Notes under the pieces: generated by a model | Databases searched by the model: none | What the model saw: only the letters and a program-made list of their open reading frames with translations | Told to the model about the DNA's origin: nothing | Made by a program: the position numbers and the translations under genes | Shown: piece by piece, positions 28,236-39,633 of the stretch | Position numbering within the stretch: the first letter of the stretch is position 1 | How the letters are laid out: every line of letters begins with the position of its first letter | From: Thermodesulfobacteriota bacterium | GTDB lineage: Bacteria > Desulfobacterota > Desulfobacteria > Desulfobacterales > SURF-7 | Assembly: GCA_049320885.1 (NCBI GenBank) | Contig: JBMORA010000054.1 | Location: 1-55,613 of the forward strand | DNA length: 55,613 nt | Direction of reading: 5' to 3'

Positions 28236-29315
28236 CTATTGGACGATGGTGCGAACGCCGAGTCCTGGCTCCAGCTCACGTTTTGAACTGGTGACCACGG
28301 CGGTTGCCGTGGTGGCCTCCGTATGCAGAACCATCAGTTTCCCGATATCGACCTTCTTCATGACAGGCTGGAGTTCCTCAGTATAGTAAACACTGTATTC
28401 CTGACCCGGTTTGACACCGTCGTTTTCTCCCATGCTGATGAAAACGATGGTCCGGCCGAAAATTTTTTCATGTTCCATGGTGACCAGAATCCGGCAATCG
28501 AGATTCGGAACGCTTTCCGCCAAGGGGATGTCCGTCGGTCGTCGTTTATACGGCATGATCATGTCGTTCACAAAAATCGGTTTATAACTCTTGATGACCT
28601 TGGCTTCCGCCACCGGGGGATCCTGGCTGACCATCTCCGTGATTTCCACGAGACCCAATAGTTCGTGCTGTATGCCGGTGGTCGTTTTTTTGACTTTATC
28701 GACGATGGGAATTTCCAGCGTGCGATACACCGTGTACAGACCTGCGGGTATCAAGGCCGGACTGTCCGCCCGGGTCTGCTTTAGATAAATAATGTCGCCG
28801 TCGCTGACCATGCGCTTTCCATCCCTCACCTTGAAAATCACGGCATCCGACGGGATGGCCTCCTCCCGGATGAAACCGATCATATCCATCCAGGGGAAGG
28901 AGAATACCGGTACGGGGGCCTGTACAGGTGGTTCCGGCTCCCTGGCTACCGGCTCCTCGATGATCACCGGTTCTTTCCCTGCAACCGCGATGGGTTCCCG
29001 GGCCGGTTCGGGGCGGACCTGTTCGACGATGATCTTGCCTTCCTTGCGGTACAAATGCAGCCTGTCACCGGGATAAATCAGGTGGGGATTTAGAATCTGC
29101 TTGTTGTTGGACCACAGTTCCGGCCACAGCAGGGGTTCGTCGAAAAACTGCCGGCAGATTCCCCACAGCGTGTCACCTTTTTGAACCGTGTAATAATAAC
29201 CGGTTTCCTGTTTCAGGGTGGCCTCTTCGTTTTCAGCTGCGGCAGGAAGAACAAGGGCGAAAATGACGGACGCGGCAATAAGGACAGCAAGATGTACTCG
29301 TGTTTTGGAAAGCAT
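28236..29315 (-). CDS. Exported LysM peptidoglycan-binding protein (TsaP-like architecture)
   Basis: Signal peptide, YTVQKGDTLWGI..WPELWSNN..NPHLIYPGD, a Pro-rich linker and a beta-rich C-terminus (VFISMGENDGVKPG). Confidence 0.85.
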   Translation of the reverse strand: MLSKTRVHLAVLIAASVIFALVLPAAAENEEATLKQETGYYYTVQKGDTLWGICRQFFDEPLLWPELWSNNKQILNPHLIYPGDRLHLYRKEGKIIVEQVRPEPAREPIAVAGKEPVIIEEPVAREPEPPVQAPVPVFSFPWMDMIGFIREEAIPSDAVIFKVRDGKRMVSDGDIIYLKQTRADSPALIPAGLYTVYRTLEIPIVDKVKKTTTGIQHELLGLVEITEMVSQDPPVAEAKVIKSYKPIFVNDMIMPYKRRPTDIPLAESVPNLDCRILVTMEHEKIFGRTIVFISMGENDGVKPGQEYSVYYTEELQPVMKKVDIGKLMVLHTEATTATAVVTSSKRELEPGLGVRTIVQ

Positions 29316-29523
29316 GGCGTATCCCTACTCTTTTTGAGATTAAGGTTGGATAGACTGACGCTGATCAGTACTATTACCTCTAATTTTGGTGATTTGTCAA
29401 GTCTTTCAGTATATTATACTGCAATTTTCTTGCGCGGGAAGAGAATGAAGGCTTGCAACGCCTTTGATTATATGCTGAAAATAAAAAGGACCCACATTTT
29501 GACAGCTATTACATGGAGCAGTC

Positions 29524-30084
29524 GTGAAACATATCGCCGATCTTTTTTTTGAAGCCGGGATGTTGAAACAGATTCCCAGGTCCGGGTATCATTTCCTGGG
29601 AACCGGCCAGGAATCCGTTGCGGAACACACCTTCATGGTGGTGTTTATCGCCTGGGTGATGTCCCGGTTGCTGCCGGAAGTCGACGCCGCCAGATTGATG
29701 GCCATGTGCCTGGTGCATGACCTTCCGGAAGCCAGAATCGGTGACCTGAATACAGTCCAGAAACGATATGTGCATGCCGATGAGTCCCGCGCGACAAGAG
29801 ACATGATCCGGGATCTGCCCTTTGGATCGTCGCTGGCGGGGTTGCTGGAAGAATTCAACGCCAAGGACAGCCCCCTGGCGGAATTGGCTCACGATGCCGA
29901 CCAGCTTGCCTTCATCCTCGATCTGAAGGCCCAGATGGATATGGGGCGGCCGGCTCCGGCGGAATGGCTCCCGTCGGTGTTGAAGCGCCTGAAAACCGAA
30001 ACCGGCAGGATATTGGCCCGGGGCATCCAGGAAACCAACCGGGACGACTGGTGGCGAAAAATATTATTGACGGATCCCGGATGA
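29524..30084 (+). CDS. HD-domain hydrolase (YfbR/HDDC2-like)
   Basis: PRSG, ESVAEHT, VHDLPEARIGD, DADQL. Confidence 0.9.
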   Translation: MKHIADLFFEAGMLKQIPRSGYHFLGTGQESVAEHTFMVVFIAWVMSRLLPEVDAARLMAMCLVHDLPEARIGDLNTVQKRYVHADESRATRDMIRDLPFGSSLAGLLEEFNAKDSPLAELAHDADQLAFILDLKAQMDMGRPAPAEWLPSVLKRLKTETGRILARGIQETNRDDWWRKILLTDPG

Positions 30085-30170
30085 TGCCGTTACGATGAAA
30101 TCTTGTCTGCCTGGAAAAAAGAGAGCCGCGGGCACCGGACCCCGGGATGAAAATCAAGGGAGTGAATCTC

Positions 30171-30812
30171 ATGAACTGGTTGATCAACATGTTGTCTTCT
30201 TCCATCGGGAAGAAGCTGTGTATGGCTGTCACCGGAATTTGTTTCTGCTTGTTTCTGGCCGCGCACCTGGCGGGCAATCTTACCATGCTCGCAGGTCCGG
30301 ACGCCTTTGTCCGGTATGCCGAAAAGCTGCATTCCCTGGGATTCTTGCTGACGGCGGCGGAAACCGGTCTGCTGGTGTTCGCGGTGATTCATGTCCTGAC
30401 CGGCGCCGTGCTGACCTACGGGAATTTCATTTCCCGGCCGACGCGGTATCAGATGAAAAAGGGGGCCGGCGGAAGAAGCATCGGTTCGGCCACCATGCCC
30501 TACACCGGCTTCCTGCTGCTCCTGTTCGTCATCCTGCATCTTCTGGACTTTCATTTTGTGGACAAGACCGGCCGGACCATTTTCCAGATCGTTTCCACGA
30601 CTTTTCAGCAGCCGGTGTATGTGGGGTTGTATATCGCGGCCATGGTCACGGCTGCGTTGCACGTAAGTCATGGGCTTTGGAGCGCTTTTCAAACCATGGG
30701 GGTGAATCACCCCAAGTACACGCCGGTAATCCGCCTGACGAGCGTTCTGTTCAGCCTGGCCGTCGGTGTTGGGTTCGGTTTTCTTCCGGTGTATCTATCG
30801 CTGATGCGTTGA
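30171..30812 (+). CDS. sdhC: Succinate dehydrogenase/fumarate reductase cytochrome b subunit
   Basis: SSIGKK..MAVTG, HLAGNL, five TM helices with His ligands, [11 protein letters not shown]. Confidence 0.93.
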   Translation: MNWLINMLSSSIGKKLCMAVTGICFCLFLAAHLAGNLTMLAGPDAFVRYAEKLHSLGFLLTAAETGLLVFAVIHVLTGAVLTYGNFISRPTRYQMKKGAGGRSIGSATMPYTGFLLLLFVILHLLDFHFVDKTGRTIFQIVSTTFQQPVYVGLYIAAMVTAALHVSHGLWSAFQTMGVNHPKYTPVIRLTSVLFSLAVGVGFGFLPVYLSLMR

Positions 30813-30843
30813 TCGGCAAAGAGGATTGGATTGGGGAATAATC

Positions 30844-32753
<1,910 letters not shown>

Positions 32754-32757
<4 letters not shown>

Positions 32758-33521
32758 CGACATCGAATCAGGCCCGGACCATCAACCTGACCCTGAAAGT
32801 CTTCCGCCAGGACGGCCCGGATCAAAAAGGCAGAATGGAGACCTATCCGGCCGCCGGTATTTCGACGGACATGTCTTTCCTGGAAATGCTGGATGTGGTG
32901 AACGAGTCCCTGGCCCTGGGAGGCAAGGAGCCCATTGCCTTCGACCACGACTGCCGGGAAGGCATTTGCGGCATGTGCGGTGCGGTGGTCAACGGCCGAG
33001 CCCACGGCCCCCAGAAGGAGACGACGCTATGCCAGCTCCACATGCGCCATTTCCAGGACGGCGACACCATCATGATCGAGCCATGGCGGTCCCGAGCCTT
33101 CAAGGTCATCAAGGATCTGGTCGTGGACCGCAGCGCTTTTGACAGGATCATCCAGGCCGGTGGTTATATCTCCGTCAACGCCGGCGGGGCGCCGGACGCC
33201 AATGCCATCCCCGTGCCCAAGGAAAATGCCGACCACGCCATGGACGCCGCGGCCTGCATCGGGTGCGGGGCCTGTGTGGCCGCCTGCCCGAATGCCTCGG
33301 CCATGCTGTTCGTGGGGGCGAAGATTTCTCACCTGGCGTTGCTGCCCCAGGGACGGCCCGAGGCGGCCAGGCGTTCTTTGGCCATGGTCCGAACCATGGA
33401 TGCCCTGGGTTTCGGCAATTGCACCAATGAACGCGAATGCGAGGCCGAATGCCCCAAGGGCATTTCCATCGTGCACATCGCCCGGATGAACCGCGAGTTC
33501 CTCAAGGCCGGATTCTTTTGA
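32754..33521 (+). CDS. sdhB: Succinate dehydrogenase/fumarate reductase iron-sulfur subunit
   Basis: [33 protein letters not shown]. Confidence 0.97.
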
Positions 33522-33527
33522 TGTCGT

Positions 33528-34214
33528 ATGAACCTGACGATTGAACAGCTGGCCGGTGCGCTGGAGTTGTCCGCCGCCACCCTGGAACGCTGGATCCGCC
33601 AGGGCCGGATCCCCGTCCGCAGCAGCGGCGGAGAATGCGTTTTCAGCCGTCCAGCCCTGGAAAAATGGGCCAAATCCCACAACCTGCCCTTTGCGCTGTC
33701 GGAAACCGGCTCACCCCCGGCTGCGGCCGAAACCCCTGAGAACCTGGGCGCAGCCGTCGACCGCGGAGGTGTGCACTATAACGTTGCGGGTGGAACGGCC
33801 GCGGCGGTTCTTCGATCGGCGGTGGCGCGCATGGACTTCCTGGACGCGGTCCGGAAAGCGGAACTGCACCGGCTTCTGATGGAACGGGAGAATCTGGCCT
33901 CCACCGGCATCGGCCGGGGCGTGGCGGTTCCCCATCCGCGTGCGCCCATGATCGGCGCGCCTGAACAACCCCTTGTCGTCACCTGTTTTCTGGATCAGCC
34001 GGTGGATTACGGCGCCGTCGATTCCCGGCCCGTATTCGTCCTGTTCGTGATGCTCAATCCGGACGTCCGCCGGCATCTGCTGCTGCTCTCCAGGCTCTCC
34101 TTCTGTATCCGCTCGGATGACTTCATCCGCTTTCTGCAAGCTGTACCGGCGCCGGAAGACCTGCGCAACAGAATCGCCGACATGGAGAGACAGCTCGACA
34201 GCGAGAATCCCTGA
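33528..34214 (+). CDS. PTS EIIA (Ntr/fructose-type) protein with N-terminal excisionase-like HTH
   Basis: N-terminal HTH (TLERWIRQGRIP) and RENLASTGIGRGVAVPHPR with the phosphorylatable His. Confidence 0.9.
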   Translation: MNLTIEQLAGALELSAATLERWIRQGRIPVRSSGGECVFSRPALEKWAKSHNLPFALSETGSPPAAAETPENLGAAVDRGGVHYNVAGGTAAAVLRSAVARMDFLDAVRKAELHRLLMERENLASTGIGRGVAVPHPRAPMIGAPEQPLVVTCFLDQPVDYGAVDSRPVFVLFVMLNPDVRRHLLLLSRLSFCIRSDDFIRFLQAVPAPEDLRNRIADMERQLDSENP

Positions 34215-34228
34215 CGGAGCACGCCGGC

Positions 34229-35953
34229 ATGAAAAGAGACCGTTTTTTGCGTTACCCCGCCCGATGGGCCTTTTTCCGCGGGGACGACCGGCCGTTGATG
34301 ATCGTCATGGCCATGATTGTCGGCGTCGGCAGCGGTCTGGCGGCCCTGGCCCTGAACGGATCCCTGACCGCCCTGTTCAACGCGTTGCGGCCCTACCGCC
34401 ACGCCGGTTGGGCTTTTTTGTTTCCGGCCTTCGGCGCCATGCTTTCCGCCTTGTTTCTTGAAAAAATCATGCGCGAAAGTCCGGGGCACGGCGTTCCGGA
34501 GGTCATCGACAGCGTGATGAGCCGGGGCGGCAAATTGCGCTTCCGTTCCGGATTTTCCCGACTGGTCGCCGCCTGCCTGACCATCGGCAGCGGCGGTTCA
34601 GCCGGACCGGAAGCGCCGGTGGTGATCAGCGGATCGTCCATCGGCTCGAATGTCGCCGGATTCTTTGCCCTGAACGAGCGCCAGCGGATCACCCTGGTGG
34701 GCTGCGGAGCGGCCGGGGCCATAGCTTCCATCTTCAACGCGCCCATCGCCGGCATGATTTTCGCCGTGGAAGTGATCATCGGCCAATGGTCCTCCCTGAA
34801 CATCATCCCCGTGGCCGTCGCCGCCGTGGCCGGCACGGAAATCAGCCGCCGGCTCCAGGGAAACCAGATCGTCTTTTCGCATCGGGTGTTCGCCATCGGC
34901 TTCGGCGATTTCATGGCCTGCATCGGCCTGGCCGTGCTCACCGCCCTGGTATCGGTGCTGTTGACCCGCCTGCTGCGCGGGATGCAGCGCTTTTCCCATG
35001 GCACCGGCTGGCCCCTGTGGTGCCGGGCCTGGCTGGGCGGCGCCGCCGTGGGCGGAATGGCCGTTCTTTTCCCCGATGTGCTGGGGGAGGGTTATCATGC
35101 CGTCGATACCATGATCGCCGGCCGTTATGCCGGCGGCTTCGCCCTGGCCGGCGTCATGCTGCTGGCCAAGATCCTGGCGACCGGTTGCACGCTGGGGTGG
35201 GGCGGGTCCGGCGGCATTTTCGCCCCCTGCCTGGTGATCGGCAGTTTCAGCGGACTGTTCTGGCAACGGATGCTGGTGGTCGCCTGGCCGGCGGGGGCCT
35301 GGGTGGAGGAGGGCTGTTTCGCCCTGATCGGCATGGCCGGGATGATCGGCGGCATGCTCCAGGCGCCGCTCACCGGTATTTTTCTGATCGTGGAAATCAC
35401 CGGCGGCTATGACGCCGTGCTGCCGCTGATCCTGGTTTCATCCCTGTCCACGGTGATCTGCCGGTACATCGAACCGGCTTCCTTCTACCTGAAAGACCTG
35501 GTGGAGACCGGCCGGTTTCTGCTGCCCGGAACCGACGGCCGCGTACTAGCCGACCTGAGTGTCGAAGAACTCCTGGAAAAAGACTGCCTCACCGTCCATC
35601 CCGGCATGCTGCTGCGGGATTTCATCCCGGTTATCCGGAAATCCCGCCGGAATCTGTTCCCCGTGGCGGAGGAAGGGTCCGGGCGGTTTCTCGGCATGAT
35701 CCATCTGGACGATGTCCGGCCGTTTCTGTTCGACACGGTCATGTACGATACGGTCCTGATGGAGCAGGTCATGCGCAGCCCGGTGGAGACCGCCGGTCCG
35801 GAGGACAATCTGGCCGATATCCTGAAAAAAATGGACACCCATCATCTATTCAGCCTGCCGGTGGTGAAGGACGGCCGCTTCATCGGCATGCTCTCCAAGG
35901 CTACCCTGCTGGACCAGTACCGCAAGGAGCTCAGGGTTCAGACCGATGATTGA
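34229..35953 (+). CDS. ClC chloride channel/antiporter with CBS domains
   Basis: GHGVPEV, GGSAGPEAP, FNAPIAG, GGSGGIFAP and two C-terminal CBS domains. Confidence 0.95.
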   Translation: MKRDRFLRYPARWAFFRGDDRPLMIVMAMIVGVGSGLAALALNGSLTALFNALRPYRHAGWAFLFPAFGAMLSALFLEKIMRESPGHGVPEVIDSVMSRGGKLRFRSGFSRLVAACLTIGSGGSAGPEAPVVISGSSIGSNVAGFFALNERQRITLVGCGAAGAIASIFNAPIAGMIFAVEVIIGQWSSLNIIPVAVAAVAGTEISRRLQGNQIVFSHRVFAIGFGDFMACIGLAVLTALVSVLLTRLLRGMQRFSHGTGWPLWCRAWLGGAAVGGMAVLFPDVLGEGYHAVDTMIAGRYAGGFALAGVMLLAKILATGCTLGWGGSGGIFAPCLVIGSFSGLFWQRMLVVAWPAGAWVEEGCFALIGMAGMIGGMLQAPLTGIFLIVEITGGYDAVLPLILVSSLSTVICRYIEPASFYLKDLVETGRFLLPGTDGRVLADLSVEELLEKDCLTVHPGMLLRDFIPVIRKSRRNLFPVAEEGSGRFLGMIHLDDVRPFLFDTVMYDTVLMEQVMRSPVETAGPEDNLADILKKMDTHHLFSLPVVKDGRFIGMLSKATLLDQYRKELRVQTDD

Positions 35954-35967
35954 TGCAACTCCGGGTT

Positions 35968-36831
35968 TCACTCCGCCTGGCCCGGTTGTCGGATTACGCG
36001 CTCCCCAAGCAGTTCGCCGAGAAATTTCAGGACATCCGCAAAGCGGTATTTGGCATCGATGGACAGGCGGAAGGACATGATTTCAATCAGGCCGGTCAGG
36101 GCGTAGGCCGTCAAGTCCGGGTCGATCCGGCGGATGATTCCCTTCTGGACCGCAGCTTCGATTTCCTGGATCACGGGTTTGGTCAGTCCATGATAGATTT
36201 TTTTTATTTTTTCTTGCGGCCAGTGATCCTCCCCGGCCGTTTCCGCGCGCAGTTGATGTAAAATTTCGCTATATTTCGTATAGTTTTCATAAAACACCAG
36301 GCCCCTGATTTCCATCCGCTTGAAGAAATCGTCTTCATCCTTGATGGCCGCCGCCGCCTGGCCGACGATATTGCGGAACACATCCTCGATCACTTCGATA
36401 AACAGTTCCCGCTTGTTTTGGAAATAGATGTAAAACGTGCCGGTGGAGATGTGCAGGGCATCGGTAATGTCGGAAATTTTAGTCCGATGGTACCCCTTTT
36501 GGCTGAACACCTCGATCCCTTTTTTGATGATTTCAAGCTTTTTTTTCTTCTTCGCCCTCGTGGTCCCCACGGTTCTCCTGACATCAAATTCCCGGGAATC
36601 CGCCATCGGGGATAATTCGTTTTCCTCCAGCTTGTCCCTGAGAAACGACAGGGGGATGCGCGCCCCTTTCTTCACGTCTTCGATCTGCTTCAGGCGTCGC
36701 AGGTGGCTCTCATCATAAGCGGCGCTGGTCCTGCCGGTTTTCAGCGGTGGATGCAGCAGTCCCTCGCGAAGATAATATTGAATGGTGGATTTGGGCATTC
36801 CGGATTTTTCGACCAGTTCTCCTATTTTCAT
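35968..36831 (-). CDS. MerR-HTH/TetR fusion transcriptional regulator
   Basis: MKIGELVEKSGMPKSTIQYYLREGLLHPP (MerR HTH) followed by FSQKGYHRTKISDITDALHISTGTFYIYF (TetR HTH). Confidence 0.88.
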   Translation of the reverse strand: MKIGELVEKSGMPKSTIQYYLREGLLHPPLKTGRTSAAYDESHLRRLKQIEDVKKGARIPLSFLRDKLEENELSPMADSREFDVRRTVGTTRAKKKKKLEIIKKGIEVFSQKGYHRTKISDITDALHISTGTFYIYFQNKRELFIEVIEDVFRNIVGQAAAAIKDEDDFFKRMEIRGLVFYENYTKYSEILHQLRAETAGEDHWPQEKIKKIYHGLTKPVIQEIEAAVQKGIIRRIDPDLTAYALTGLIEIMSFRLSIDAKYRFADVLKFLGELLGERVIRQPGQAE

Positions 36832-36858
36832 CTCGCTTCACTCCTCCGCCCATCTGAA

Positions 36859-36883
36859 TTATAAAGTAAAACTTTATAAAGTT
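36859..36883. promoter_or_regulatory. Overlapping palindromes upstream of the MerR-TetR gene
   Basis: TTATAAAGT-aaa-ACTTTATAA (36859-36879) and AACTTTATAAAGTT (36870-36883). Confidence 0.55.
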
Positions 36884-37007
36884 GAGAACGATGGATTCAG
36901 TTTCCATCAGCATGCGGAATTGAATCCCATTTCTGTTATTTAATATATTTATATATTCAATTAGTTAAAAACATTCATTGCATTTCTTCAATTGGCGCCT
37001 TTTCATA

Positions 37008-37064
37008 TTGACGGCTGTAAATTTATAAACTAAATAGAAAATGACTTGTCATTTTTTATAAACT
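37008..37064 (+). promoter_or_regulatory. Candidate promoter and operator of operon 2
   Basis: TTGACG-17-TAAATA, then perfect inverted repeat AAAATGAC-tt-GTCATTTT (37038-37055) flanked by two TTTATAAACT direct repeats. Confidence 0.55.
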
Positions 37065-37118
37065 GATTCGCAAGAAATGTCAAGTTGCAACCGGTTACCT
37101 TTGTTGAAGGAGGCACGA

Positions 37119-38300
37119 ATGGGAAAACAAACGCTGGCGATTATCGGGATTGGAGAGGTTCCCACCGGAACCTATCCTGACCGGTCCCACTGGGACATTC
37201 TATATGAAACTTGCATCCAGGCAGTCAAGGATGCGGGCATCCACAAAAACGACGTGGAAGGGGTCATTGCCGTGGCCCCCCAGGCACAGCCGCAACTGAC
37301 GGCGGAAATTTCCTTCGGGAAGATACCGGAAGAGCTGGGATTAAATGGCTGCAAGGATGTATGCATCTGCAATGCGGGCGGCGCATCTACATCCAATTGT
37401 CTGAGACTCGCAGAGCAGTTGATTGAGAGCCGTCAGGCGAAAGTTGTCCTGATTCCCCATGTCACGGTCCACTCTACCATTCCCCTTCCGGATTTGATCA
37501 ACTTTTTCGCTAAAGCCGGAATCGACCTTCAGTGGGAATATCCTTATGGCACCACATATAACGGCATCATTGCCATGATGACCCGACGCTATATGTATGA
37601 GACTGGAACCACTGCGGAAGAAATGGCCTCGGTTGTTGTTTCCATGCGGAAGTGGGCGGCGCTGGATCCCTGTTCCATTTTTTACGGCAGGGAAGTGCCC
37701 ACCATCGAAAAAGTGCTGGCGTCGAGCATGGTGTCGTCTCCGCTGCACAAACGGGAATGCAATGTACTGGCGGACGGCGGCGCGGCCCTGGTGGTGACCT
37801 CTGCTGAAAACGCCAAAAAAATGGGATGCCCGGCAGCTTTCAAGCTGGGTGAAGGCTCACGGTATTTCAGCGCCTTCACGACCACACGAAGGACCGAAAC
37901 CGTGAAAACCGGCTTTTTACAGGCAACAGAGGAGGCCTTGGCCGAAGCCGGACTGACGAAACAGGATATCGATATCTGGAATATGTACCTGGCCTATCCC
38001 GTGGGCCACCCCATGTTCATGGAAACTGTCGGACTATGTGAACCCGGCCAGGCGGGAAAGATGTTTATGGAAGGGCATACCTGCCCGGGCGGAAAGCTGC
38101 CATGGGCCACCATCGGCGACGCCATCGGCCGGGGTCACACCGGTTCCGGTGTCAGCATGGCGACTTATGTGGAGACCGCCCGCCAGCTCATGGGCAAGGC
38201 GGGTGCCCGGCAGGTGCCGGATGCCAGATATGTTTTTCAAAACACTTCCGGCGGATCCGGCATGAACTTCATCGCCACCGTATGGGGGAGGAATATATAA
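37119..38300 (+). CDS. Thiolase-fold protein lacking the canonical catalytic Cys (Ltp2/BbsB-like)
   Basis: AIIGIG, DGGAALVVTS, AEAGL..DIDI, RGH..G..E.ARQLMGKAGARQV. The Cys loop reads NAGGAS. Confidence 0.85.
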   Translation: MGKQTLAIIGIGEVPTGTYPDRSHWDILYETCIQAVKDAGIHKNDVEGVIAVAPQAQPQLTAEISFGKIPEELGLNGCKDVCICNAGGASTSNCLRLAEQLIESRQAKVVLIPHVTVHSTIPLPDLINFFAKAGIDLQWEYPYGTTYNGIIAMMTRRYMYETGTTAEEMASVVVSMRKWAALDPCSIFYGREVPTIEKVLASSMVSSPLHKRECNVLADGGAALVVTSAENAKKMGCPAAFKLGEGSRYFSAFTTTRRTETVKTGFLQATEEALAEAGLTKQDIDIWNMYLAYPVGHPMFMETVGLCEPGQAGKMFMEGHTCPGGKLPWATIGDAIGRGHTGSGVSMATYVETARQLMGKAGARQVPDARYVFQNTSGGSGMNFIATVWGRNI

Positions 38301-39619
38301 TGGAAACACAGAAACCGATACCCGTCATCCAACCCTGGACAAAGGAGTTCTGGACAGCCACCAGGCAGGGCAAATTATTGATTCAGCATTGCAACGACTG
38401 CCGGGCGAATATTTTCTTCCCCAAAAAAGTCTGTCCCGAATGCTGGTCTGAAAATCTGACCTGGATCGAATCTTCCGGCAAGGGCGTTGTTTATACGGTT
38501 ACCAACATGCTGGATATGGTGGAGCCCAAATTCATGGGCGATCTGCCCTATGTCATCGCCATGGTGGATCTGGATGAGGGCATCCGCATGACCACCCGGA
38601 TCGTGAACTGCAACCCGGATGAGGTCAGCATCGGCATGAAGGTCGAGGTGGCGTTTGCGGATGTAGCTCCGGAATTCTCCCTGCCCGTGTTTCATCCGGC
38701 GGACACGGCATTGCGTCTGACCTCGCCGGAGCCGGCGGACGAGGTCCCCGCAACCGCGGAGATCAAAACGGGCACGCCCCCGGAAATCTATCAGACGATC
38801 ACATATGAGGTCGGCAAGATCTGCGACGGCGCATGCAGCATCACCTTGAACCGGCCGGACAAATACAATGTCATCAACCGGCAGATGGCCGCGGAACTCA
38901 TCGATGCCTTCCGCCGGGTCCGCAACGAAGCGTCCATCGGCGTTGTCGTGCTGGCCGGCGCCGGCGATAAAGCCTTCTGCGCCGGCGGTGACCTGGAAAT
39001 TTTCCCTTCGCTGGCCGAGCACCGGAACAGCCTCAACTGGTTGGCCCATGAAGGACTCGATGTGCAGCGTGCCATTACTGGCTGCGAGAAAGTGGTCATC
39101 GGCAAGATCAACGGACACTGCCTGGCCGGTGGTCTTGAACTGGCTCTGGCGTGCGACCTGCTGTACGCCAAGGCATCCGCCAAAATGGGCACCACGGAAA
39201 TCAACATGGGTATTCTGCCCGGATGGGGAGGAACGGTCCGGCTACCCCGCAGTATGCCCATATTCCGCGCCCGGGAAGTCATCTTCAGCGGCCGCAAAGA
39301 CTATACTGCCGCCGAATTATACGACATGGGGCTGCTGACACGGATTTTTGCAGACGAGGCGTTCGAGGCTGAATTTGAAAAGGTGGTGAAAAACATCGCT
39401 GCTAAAAAACCCATCGCCCTGCGCATGGGCAAGGAAGTGATGGCCCGCTCAGTGGACGGCTGCGACCTCGAAACCGCCCTGGCCGTCGAGCGCAACGGTA
39501 TCCAGTGGCTGACCTATTCGCCGGATATCCAGGCGGTGATGGATCAGTTCAGGGCCCAACCGGATCAACTGACTCGGCGGCAGAAGCAGCAAAATATCAA
39601 GACCGATATCAAAAAATAG
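38300..39619 (+). CDS. DUF35 Zn-ribbon/OB-fold fused to enoyl-CoA hydratase (crotonase)
   Basis: CNDC..FFPKKVCPEC, SGKGVVYT and VDLDEG, then LNRPDKYN, AFCAGGD, AGGLEL, EINMGILPGWGG. Translationally coupled (TAATG) to the upstream gene. Confidence 0.9.
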   Translation: METQKPIPVIQPWTKEFWTATRQGKLLIQHCNDCRANIFFPKKVCPECWSENLTWIESSGKGVVYTVTNMLDMVEPKFMGDLPYVIAMVDLDEGIRMTTRIVNCNPDEVSIGMKVEVAFADVAPEFSLPVFHPADTALRLTSPEPADEVPATAEIKTGTPPEIYQTITYEVGKICDGACSITLNRPDKYNVINRQMAAELIDAFRRVRNEASIGVVVLAGAGDKAFCAGGDLEIFPSLAEHRNSLNWLAHEGLDVQRAITGCEKVVIGKINGHCLAGGLELALACDLLYAKASAKMGTTEINMGILPGWGGTVRLPRSMPIFRAREVIFSGRKDYTAAELYDMGLLTRIFADEAFEAEFEKVVKNIAAKKPIALRMGKEVMARSVDGCDLETALAVERNGIQWLTYSPDIQAVMDQFRAQPDQLTRRQKQQNIKTDIKK

Positions 39620-39633
39620 CAAGGAGGCACCCC

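Noticed and set aside
38102..38299. N-terminal extension of the OB-fold/crotonase ORF
   Set aside because: It lies inside the thiolase-fold gene. The RBS and TAATG overlap support a start at 38300.
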